This document shows positions 1-5,375 of a stretch of DNA of 6,491 nucleotides, piece after piece (position 1 is the first letter of the stretch; each line of letters opens with the position of its first letter). The stretch lies in the IMG/VR virus record IMGVR_UViG_2700989228_000001, positions 1-6,491 of that record; one strand, written 5' to 3'. A program made the position numbers and the translations under genes. The notes under the pieces were generated by a model. It saw nothing but the letters and a program-made list of their open reading frames with translations. It was not told the DNA's origin and did no database searches. This DNA is from a virus.

Positions 1-76
1 AGCCTGCTAAGTGATGGATGATTTCGAGGTGTCCGCTGCTGCTCTACGGCGGCTGCTTCGTCCTCTGGATGATGGG
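1..76. repeat. Terminal direct repeat, copy 1 (wrap-around of a circular molecule)
   Basis: 1-76 is identical base for base to 6416-6491. It contains the last 14 nt of the SSB-like CDS (stop TGA 12-14) and the first 63 nt of the next CDS. The repeat therefore continues the reading frames rather than bounding an element. Confidence 0.95.
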
Positions 77-277
77 TCTGTGTCTTTGGTGGTGACGTAT
101 CGCCGTCATGATGATTATATGGCCTATGAGCGTGAAATTGCGGATCTTCGTGCTAAGTGTAAGCGTATGGATCAGGATCTTGCTAAGTGGGCTTTGATGG
201 GCAATCGGTACATTGAATGCCTGGATGATATCAAGTATCTGAAATCTGTGCTTGATTCCTACAAGATATCTTATTGA
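14..277 (+). CDS. Hypothetical protein, 87 aa, charged and probably helical, no recognisable motif
   Basis: ATG 14 overlaps the upstream stop as TGATG. An in-frame GTG at 11 is an alternative start (GTGA overlap). The ORF stays open to TGA 275-277 and shares the T-ending codon bias of its neighbours. Confidence 0.7.
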   Translation: MDDFEVSAAALRRLLRPLDDGSVSLVVTYRRHDDYMAYEREIADLRAKCKRMDQDLAKWALMGNRYIECLDDIKYLKSVLDSYKISY

Positions 278-295
278 CGGAAGGGGAGTGGGTGT

Positions 296-1327
296 ATGTG
301 TGTGCAGCGTCGGCCTGTACCGAAGGATATGCCTACTCCCCTTGGTTCTATCCCGTATGGTCGTTTTTCTCGTTCTGTGGGGGATATCGTCTATTCTTTG
401 GATATGTTCCGTGCTCGGTTTCCTCTGCGCTGGGGTGCGCTGCGTATCAAGTCCGCTGCCGGTGAGTTTCTCCCTTTGACTGATGATAATGTCTATAAGG
501 CTGTCTGTGATTCTATTGTCCTTCCTTTGTTTGAGTTGGTGAACTATGTACCGTCTGGCGGTGATGCTCGTCGGCGTGGTGCCTTGCATTGGTGGTCTTT
601 TGATGGTGTCATTCTCACGCTTTACAAGTATCGTCCCTTCGGTATTCCTGATCCGGTCTATTCATTGACGTTGGAATTTAATCCTAATAAGCGTCTTGAT
701 AATCCTGTGATACTGGCTCTCATTGATCGTATCAAGTCTGTGTGTGCTGATCGTTTTTGCTGGTGCAACACTCGCTTGGACTATACTATCGATGTTCCAT
801 ATCCTATCTCTGATGTTCGGCTACTCTCTCGCAAGGTTGGCAGCACCTATGAGGGTACTTATTACTTTGGCCGTCGTGGTGATTCCGGCTATACTCGTGT
901 TTATGATAAGCGGCGCCAGATGATGGAGGTCTTTCATATTGATATCGGTACCGATGTTACCCGTATCGAGTATGAGACCCGTAACGGTGTCCCTTGTGTG
1001 ATGGATGCTCCTTATCGCCTTGGTGACCTTGGCAATTTTGGCGTGCTGCGGTATGTTCCCATGTCCGATTGGCCTGCGGCTCTTCGTTGCTATGATCCTC
1101 GCACGGCTCGTAAGATCAAACAAGATTGTTTGTATGCTATCTTTTTTGATGTGCAGATTTTTGATGATCTTCGGGATCAGTTTTTTGCTTATCTGGGCTT
1201 GTCCATGGATGATAACATTGATCGTATCGAGTCCCGCCGCCTGGACGAGGCCCAGCGTCTGGCTGAAGCTTCTGATCTGGAGCAGTTGGCTTCTTCTATC
1301 CGTAAGTTTGCAAAGGTTGCAGATTGA
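296..1327 (+). CDS. Rolling-circle replication initiator, Rep_trans-like (pT181 RepC / phage replication initiation factor type), 343 aa
   Basis: SD AAGGGGAG (281-288) lies 7 nt before ATG 296. Motifs recalled for Rep_trans: RLDYTIDV, YYFGRRGDSGYTRVYDK, TRIEYETR. It sits next to the SSB-like gene, as in inovirus replication modules. Confidence 0.8.
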   Translation: MCVQRRPVPKDMPTPLGSIPYGRFSRSVGDIVYSLDMFRARFPLRWGALRIKSAAGEFLPLTDDNVYKAVCDSIVLPLFELVNYVPSGGDARRRGALHWWSFDGVILTLYKYRPFGIPDPVYSLTLEFNPNKRLDNPVILALIDRIKSVCADRFCWCNTRLDYTIDVPYPISDVRLLSRKVGSTYEGTYYFGRRGDSGYTRVYDKRRQMMEVFHIDIGTDVTRIEYETRNGVPCVMDAPYRLGDLGNFGVLRYVPMSDWPAALRCYDPRTARKIKQDCLYAIFFDVQIFDDLRDQFFAYLGLSMDDNIDRIESRRLDEAQRLAEASDLEQLASSIRKFAKVAD

Positions 1328-1333
1328 TTATAT

Positions 1334-1407
1334 TGCGGGGTAGTTTAGAGGCAGAACGGTAGGCCCTACACCTACAGATGATGGTTCGATTCCATCCCCC
1401 GCCACCA
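1334..1407 (+). tRNA. tRNA with anticodon CTA (putative amber/UAG suppressor), CCA encoded
   Basis: Hand-folded cloverleaf. Acceptor 1334-1340/1397-1403: 6 Watson-Crick pairs plus a T1.C72 mismatch. T8 is present. D stem GTTT/GAAC (1343-1346/1354-1357); D loop AGAGGCA contains GG. Anticodon stem GTAGG/CCTAC (1359-1363/1371-1375). The 7-nt loop CCCTACA (1364-1370) places CTA at 1366-1368. Variable loop AGAT. T stem GATGG/CCATC with canonical T loop TTCGATT (1385-1391). Discriminator A1404, CCA 1405-1407. Caveat: positions 33 and 37 are both C, which is atypical. Confidence 0.75.
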
Positions 1408-1430
1408 TAAAGGAAGGTGTGTTATGAAAT

Positions 1431-2765
1431 ATGTTAAAAGGTCGCTCGCTAAGGGCCTGCGCTGCGCTGGTCGCTTTCTGCTGTTCCTTGCTTCTTGTCT
1501 CTATTAGACCGGCTGTTGCTGATGATACGTCTGATTATCTTCTTGGTACTTGGTATTGGGATTTCGGTGCTTCTCGTAGCGATTGGCCTCAACTTAATAG
1601 CGTTTATCAGTCCGACACTACTATGACGGCTTATGGTGTTAATGCTATGCCGTTTAATGGTAAAAATCTCGGTGGTGGTGATTCCCTTACTGATTATGTT
1701 GTTGGTAGTCTTGTTTCGAAGCGTTTTCAGTGGACTAATCCTATTACTTTTTATCCTGATATTGTTCTTTCTTCTACTTTTCAGGCTCCGCAGGTTGCTG
1801 ATAAGAAGCTTCATATGCTTGTAAAGTTTGGTGCTGGTTATCATATCAATTCTATTTCTAAGCTTGATTCTCCCGTCCATGGTTTTTGGTATGTTGGTAG
1901 CCAACCTTATTATGATGATAATTATGCTAAGGTGACTTATATTGGTTCTTCTGCTTGGCCTTCTGGGCTTAATTTGCGGTATCAAGAGCCTGGTTCTTCT
2001 TCGTCTACTAATATTTTCGCTGATTATACTTCTGGTTATTGTTATCGTGTGGATTTTGATGCTCCCGGACGTTATCCTGACGGTTCGTTTGCTATAACCG
2101 GTCTTGGCTTGTGGTGTGAAAACTGGTGTAGTCAATATAAGTCTGTTGCTGGTGCTATGGAAACTATGGGCTTGATGGTCGGGTATCTTGTTTGTTGGGC
2201 TGATACTGGCGTTGCTGCTATTGACGATGCTATCACAGATATTCTAACCCATGTTGCAAAGATAGATGGCAATGTTCAGTCTATCTATTCCGTCCTTACT
2301 AAGCTGCTTGCTGTGGCTAAAGAGATTGGTATTGATACTGATACTATGGTCAAGCTTCTGACTTCCATCAATAGTAATGTTGCCTTGTTGCAGTCCGATG
2401 TATCTGGTATCTATGAGCTGCTTAAAACTGCTTTGGCTGATGAATCTGCTGAGTTGGATAAGAAAACTGAGCAGGCTGCCGAATCCATTATGCAGCGTAC
2501 TGACAGTGAACAGTATTGGAGTGATAAGAACCAAGATAATTTCAATGCTTTGAACATTGATAATTTTTCTTTTGGTGATGGTGTTGTTTCTGCCCTTGGG
2601 ACTGTCGGAGGTCTCTTTTCTGGTCTCTGGGATGCGCTCGGTGATGGTATCATTGTCTATACGTTCCCGTTGATGTTGGGCGTGGCCCTTGTCCTTGTTG
2701 GCCGTCTTGCTCGTTCGTCTGGTAAGGGACATAATAAGTCTGGTTCCGGTGGTGATGATAAGTGA
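1431..2765 (+). CDS. Secreted, C-terminally membrane-anchored protein, 444 aa; candidate adsorption/minor coat protein (g3p-like role)
   Basis: N-terminal signal peptide (MLKGRSLRACAALVAFCCSLLLVSIRPAVA/DD). Aromatic-rich N-terminal half, helical central part, C-terminal TM (IIVYTFPLMLGVALVLVG) followed by a basic tail. This is the largest structural-module ORF. A competing ATG at 1424 in another frame is discussed in findings. Confidence 0.85.
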   Translation: MLKGRSLRACAALVAFCCSLLLVSIRPAVADDTSDYLLGTWYWDFGASRSDWPQLNSVYQSDTTMTAYGVNAMPFNGKNLGGGDSLTDYVVGSLVSKRFQWTNPITFYPDIVLSSTFQAPQVADKKLHMLVKFGAGYHINSISKLDSPVHGFWYVGSQPYYDDNYAKVTYIGSSAWPSGLNLRYQEPGSSSSTNIFADYTSGYCYRVDFDAPGRYPDGSFAITGLGLWCENWCSQYKSVAGAMETMGLMVGYLVCWADTGVAAIDDAITDILTHVAKIDGNVQSIYSVLTKLLAVAKEIGIDTDTMVKLLTSINSNVALLQSDVSGIYELLKTALADESAELDKKTEQAAESIMQRTDSEQYWSDKNQDNFNALNIDNFSFGDGVVSALGTVGGLFSGLWDALGDGIIVYTFPLMLGVALVLVGRLARSSGKGHNKSGSGGDDK

Positions 2766-2974
2766 TAGAAGCCCTTCGATCTATTCTTGATTTTTTCAAA
2801 ACTCTTCTTGACTTGGTCATGTATCTGGTCAATGGTCTTGCTCAGCTGTTTCTTATGATCCCTTCGGCTTTCAAGATGCTTACGTATTCTATCGGCTTTC
2901 TGCCGTCTGTGCTGCTGGCCTTCGCCGCTGTGGCTATCACGATCAGCATTGTTTATCTCATTATTGGGAGGTGA
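2762..2974 (+). CDS. Small hydrophobic membrane protein, 70 aa (two predicted TM segments)
   Basis: GTG start overlaps the upstream stop (aaGTGA). SD-like GGTGGTGA at 2748-2755. T-ending codon bias. Confidence 0.65.
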   Translation: MIEALRSILDFFKTLLDLVMYLVNGLAQLFLMIPSAFKMLTYSIGFLPSVLLAFAAVAITISIVYLIIGR

Positions 2975-2979
2975 TTCCG

Positions 2980-3138
2980 GTGACTTTCAACGATTGGCTT
3001 AACTGGTCTCTTTCGGTCATTGTTACCGGTGTTAATTGGCTCCGGTCTTGTACCTTGCTCGGTGTGCCTATCCTGTATTTGCTGATCGGTATCTTTGTGA
3101 TGGGGGTGGTGATTCGTGCGATTCCTTTTAGGGCTTAG
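2980..3138 (+). CDS. Small hydrophobic membrane protein, 52 aa (below the ORF-track cutoff)
   Basis: SD GGGAGG (2966-2971) lies 8 nt before GTG 2980. Translation: MTFNDWLNWSLSVIVTGVNWLRSCTLLGVPILYLLIGIFVMGVVIRAIPFRA. It ends at TAG 3136-3138, the only TAG stop in the genome. It overlaps the next gene by 23 nt. Confidence 0.5.
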   Translation: MTFNDWLNWSLSVIVTGVNWLRSCTLLGVPILYLLIGIFVMGVVIRAIPFRA

Positions 3139-3718
3139 TTTGGCTCTTCTCTGTATTTTTCCGGTCTATGCTTCCGAGGCCCCGGCGGATGGTTATCTGT
3201 CTGATGAAGAGCTCGCTTCTGTTGTCGGTGATGATGCCGATGGCGGTGTGATCTATGATGAAGATGGCAATGTTGTCTATGCTGCTGATGGTATTGCTCC
3301 TTCGGCTGCTGCCGGTGATCTGAAGTATGCTCCTTATATTGGCTCTTGTTGGATCAAGGGTACTGCTTCCGGTTTAGGTGAGGTGTATATCTATGTTCCA
3401 GTTTCTTCCCGTGGCAAGTGGGGTACTACTTCTTCTGGCTATCTTTGTAATGTTGATTCTTCTTCCGTTTCTGGGATCATGTTCAACGGTCAGGGGACGC
3501 AATATGCTTTTACTTGCTCTGGTTTTTCTGTTCCTCGCTACCGTTTGCATGACGGTTCAAGCTATCAATATTCTGATCTCTATTTGACTGTCACGGATAG
3601 TAACGCTCAGGTGGCTACCAGTTTTCCGCCGTCTGTCCCTGTTGCCGACGTGTTGCCGTATGTCACTGTTGTTCTTCTGATGGGGGTGATTCTGTGTTCG
3701 ATGCGATCACGTCATTGA
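3116..3718 (+). CDS. Secreted type-I membrane protein, 200 aa; candidate minor virion/assembly protein
   Basis: GTG start is preceded by GGTGGTGA (3105-3112). Signal peptide MRFLLGLSLALLCIFPVYA/SEA. C-terminal TM VTVVLLMGVILC followed by the basic tail SMRSRH. Confidence 0.85.
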   Translation: MRFLLGLSLALLCIFPVYASEAPADGYLSDEELASVVGDDADGGVIYDEDGNVVYAADGIAPSAAAGDLKYAPYIGSCWIKGTASGLGEVYIYVPVSSRGKWGTTSSGYLCNVDSSSVSGIMFNGQGTQYAFTCSGFSVPRYRLHDGSSYQYSDLYLTVTDSNAQVATSFPPSVPVADVLPYVTVVLLMGVILCSMRSRH

Positions 3719-3846
3719 TCGGTGAGGTTCCTGCTGGTTATGAGCCTCTTATTTATGCTCTTTGTGTGCCGTTCCTCATGTGGCTGCTCGGTCAGTTCTT
3801 TGGCATTCTATGGGCTTTGATGGAGGGTCTTTTCCATGTTAGATAA
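3694..3846 (+). CDS. Small single-pass membrane protein, 50 aa (below the ORF-track cutoff)
   Basis: SD GGGGGTGAT (3682-3690) precedes GTG 3694. Translation: MFDAITSLIGEVPAGYEPLIYALCVPFLMWLLGQFFGILWALMEGLFHVR. Stop TAA 3844-3846. It overlaps both neighbouring genes. Confidence 0.55.
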   Translation: MFDAITSLIGEVPAGYEPLIYALCVPFLMWLLGQFFGILWALMEGLFHVR

Positions 3847-3985
3847 TCTCAATGCAATCGTGGGGTTTGTCTTTTCGACTTGCTCCGATGTTCTGGCTTT
3901 GTATCTTGGTGGCGGGATCCTGACCGGCGTTCTTGCTATTTGGCTGCTCCGTAAGGTTTCTGCTCTCTTTGATAAGTTACGTTGA
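3836..3985 (+). CDS. Small coat-like membrane protein, 49 aa (TM plus basic C-terminus)
   Basis: SD GGAGGG (3822-3827) lies 8 nt before ATG 3836. Translation: MLDNLNAIVGFVFSTCSDVLALYLGGGILTGVLAIWLLRKVSALFDKLR. Stop TGA 3983-3985. Confidence 0.65.
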   Translation: MLDNLNAIVGFVFSTCSDVLALYLGGGILTGVLAIWLLRKVSALFDKLR

Positions 3986-3999
3986 AAGGAGGTTTTTTC

Positions 4000-4167
4000 A
4001 TGGCTGCGCTGCTTACTACTCTGGGTGAGGTTGTCTCCGCTGTTATGACCTACATCGGTACTATTTGTACCACTATTGTTGGTCAACCCCTGCTGCTGAT
4101 GACTACCGGCTTCCTGCTGATCGGCGGTTGTATCGGTATCTTTGGCCGCCTGCTCTCTAAGGGTTAA
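4000..4167 (+). CDS. Coat-like protein paralog 1, 55 aa (candidate major coat protein, no cleavable signal peptide)
   Basis: Strong SD AAAGGAGG (3985-3992) lies 7 nt before ATG 4000. The ORF-track start at 3982 is a TTG located before and partly inside the SD, so it is unlikely. Translation: MAALLTTLGEVVSAVMTYIGTICTTIVGQPLLLMTTGFLLIGGCIGIFGRLLSKG. It has an amphipathic N-terminus, a TM segment and a short basic tail. The gene pair is followed by a strong terminator. Confidence 0.8.
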   Translation: MAALLTTLGEVVSAVMTYIGTICTTIVGQPLLLMTTGFLLIGGCIGIFGRLLSKG

Positions 4168-4224
4168 TCCCTGCCGTTTTATCTCTCAGGTTAGGAGGTG
4201 AATTTGTAGACTACTGTCACTGCT

Positions 4225-4392
4225 ATGGGTTCTCTTTTGAAGGATCTCGGTACCGTCGTTGATGCTGTCATGGGGTATATTGGCAATATCTGTTCCACTA
4301 TTGTCTCTAATCCTCTGTTGCTGATGACTACCGGCTTCCTGCTGATCGGCGGTTGTGTCGGTATCTTCGGCCGTCTGCTCTCTAAGGGTTAA
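4225..4392 (+). CDS. Coat-like protein paralog 2, 55 aa from ATG 4225; possible 62-codon form from TTG 4204 through in-frame TAG 4207-4209
   Basis: Translation: MGSLLKDLGTVVDAVMGYIGNICSTIVSNPLLLMTTGFLLIGGCVGIFGRLLSKG. It aligns colinearly with paralog 1. The only SD (AGGAGG 4193-4198) is 26 nt from ATG 4225 but 5 nt from TTG 4204, whose next codon is TAG. Confidence 0.75.
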   Translation: MGSLLKDLGTVVDAVMGYIGNICSTIVSNPLLLMTTGFLLIGGCVGIFGRLLSKG

Positions 4393-4398
4393 CCTGCT

Positions 4399-4443
4399 GC
4401 CGGCCGCCGTGCATTATTTCACGGCGGCCGGTATTCTATTTTC
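4399..4443 (+). terminator. Rho-independent terminator after the coat gene pair
   Basis: Perfect 12-bp stem CCGGCCGCCGTG (4400-4411) / CACGGCGGCCGG (4420-4431). The loop is 8 nt (CATTATTT). A T-rich tail TATTCTATTTT follows. Confidence 0.8.
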
Positions 4444-4459
4444 GTGGAGGTGATTTTTC

Positions 4460-4609
4460 TTGTCTGATTTTTTGACTTCTTGTTTCGATGTTCTCTTTGA
4501 CCTTCTTCCTCGTATCGATAATATTTTGATCGTTCTTCCTTTTTGTGCTATTTGTTTGTCGGTTGTAATTTCTCTGACTTTCAAATTGATTCGAGGTGAC
4601 TACTGGTAA
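4460..4609 (+). CDS. Small single-pass membrane protein, 49 aa (below the ORF-track cutoff)
   Basis: SD GGAGGTGAT (4446-4454) precedes TTG 4460. Translation: MSDFLTSCFDVLFDLLPRIDNILIVLPFCAICLSVVISLTFKLIRGDYW. Its stop overlaps the next start as TAATG (4607-4611). Confidence 0.6.
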   Translation: MSDFLTSCFDVLFDLLPRIDNILIVLPFCAICLSVVISLTFKLIRGDYW

Positions 4610-5289
4610 TGACTTTTCTGATTTTTTGTTTTGTCTTTGTTGTTTTCTGCTTTTCCTTTCATTTTCTGACTAAGAAATATATCAATCCTTTTCGTTTGAT
4701 ATTTGTTTTTGGTAAAAAGGGAAGTGGTAAATCTACTCTACTTCAAAAACTTTCTTCTGATTATCTCCGTAAAGGTTGGATAATTTATTCTACCGAAGTT
4801 CCTGATGAAGGTAGAAGTTTTGATGATCCTATGCTTGATGAGATGAATTATATTGATCCTCGTCAGATCTACAAATATAAGTTTCCACCTAAGTCTTGTA
4901 TTTTCATTGATGAGGTTTCTTTGATCTGGGATAACCGCAATTTTAAGAATATGGATCCTAAAGTTGTTGCTTGGTTCCGTTACCAGCGTCATTATAAGGT
5001 TCGTGTCTATCTTTTCAGCCAGTCATTTGACATTGACAAGAAGCTGCGTGATCTCTGTGATGAAATGTATATTGTAAATAAGTTTGCTCGTGTCCTGGTT
5101 CGTGCTAAGCGTATCATTCGCAAGCCTGTTGTGGTGCATCCGTCCCCGGAGGCCCCGGCCCGTATTGACGAAGATCTCGTTGTTGATGGTCCTTTGATGG
5201 CTTTCTTTGGTGGCCGTATCTATGCCAGTATTCCGCATTGGTCTAAAGTCTATGATTCCTTCAAGCCTCTTGATGATCCCTCAGATTGA
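4609..5289 (+). CDS. Zot/pI-like P-loop NTPase, 226 aa, filamentous-phage assembly ATPase with an N-terminal TM helix
   Basis: Walker A GKKGSGKST (aa 35-43). Walker B CIFIDEV (aa 97-103). The downstream motif QRHYKVRVYLFSQS...IDKKLR resembles the Zot-family HRH...D...TQ block. Residues 3-20 form a hydrophobic helix. Confidence 0.85.
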   Translation: MTFLIFCFVFVVFCFSFHFLTKKYINPFRLIFVFGKKGSGKSTLLQKLSSDYLRKGWIIYSTEVPDEGRSFDDPMLDEMNYIDPRQIYKYKFPPKSCIFIDEVSLIWDNRNFKNMDPKVVAWFRYQRHYKVRVYLFSQSFDIDKKLRDLCDEMYIVNKFARVLVRAKRIIRKPVVVHPSPEAPARIDEDLVVDGPLMAFFGGRIYASIPHWSKVYDSFKPLDDPSD

Positions 5290-5340
5290 ACAAAATAAAA
5301 ATTTTTCTCCAATCCTATTTTGTCTCGAAGACGAGAAAAG

Positions 5341-5375
5341 GGAGGGGCTGCCCGTCTGGGCTGCTCCTCCTTTTT
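5341..5375. terminator. Probable bidirectional intrinsic terminator between convergent + and - transcription
   Basis: 13-position stem GGAGGGGCTGCCC (5341-5353) / GGGCTGCTCCTCC (5358-5370): 11 Watson-Crick pairs, 1 G.T and 1 mismatch. Loop GTCT. Flanked by an A-rich run (GAGAAAAG, ending 5340) and TTTTT (5371-5375). Confidence 0.6.

Noticed and set aside
1-76. Terminal direct repeats as transposon or LTR-like ends, or as att sites
   Set aside because: The repeat runs exactly to both window edges and carries continuous coding sequence (end of the SSB gene and start of the next gene). This is the signature of a circular sequence written with an overlap, not of element boundaries.
252-479. Overlapping + strand ORFs in alternative frames (252-479, 274-465, 723-923, 1005-1343, 1633-1824, 3378-3587, 5868-6050)
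   Set aside because: They are fully nested in longer ORFs that have motifs and SDs. Their Cys/Leu/Phe/Val-rich translations are typical off-frame readings of T-rich sequence.
44-589. Long minus-strand ORFs in the track (44-589, 821-1123, 1449-2135, 2244-2732, 2411-2653, 2650-2832, 3808-4086, 4738-4992, 5023-5238, 5807-6166, 6016-6222)
   Set aside because: They lie antisense to well-supported + strand genes. Their translations are low-complexity (I/R/T/N/S/K-rich), as expected from reading the complement of T-ending codons. They lack SD sites. They are treated as shadow ORFs.
1-1340. Complete absence of the TAG trinucleotide in any frame over the first 1.3 kb, and scarcity elsewhere on the + strand
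   Set aside because: It looked like a recoding signal, but codon usage explains it. With T-ending codons, out-of-frame TAG needs NNT-AGN (AGY/AGR codons, unused in rep) or NTA codons (rare). Only in-frame TAGs are informative.
1334-1407. The tRNA as an attP fragment for integration into a host tRNA gene, or as tRNA-Pyl
   Set aside because: attP sites normally carry only the 3' part of a tRNA and sit beside an integrase. Here the full cloverleaf with CCA is present and no recombinase is encoded. tRNA-Pyl has a shortened D loop and variable loop, a 6-bp anticodon stem and lacks the TTC T loop. None of that applies here.
3982-3999. ORF-track start at TTG 3982 for coat paralog 1 (MKGGFF extension)
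   Set aside because: TTG 3982 begins 3 nt upstream of the SD AAAGGAGG, and the extension would translate the SD itself. ATG 4000, 7 nt after the SD, is the natural start.
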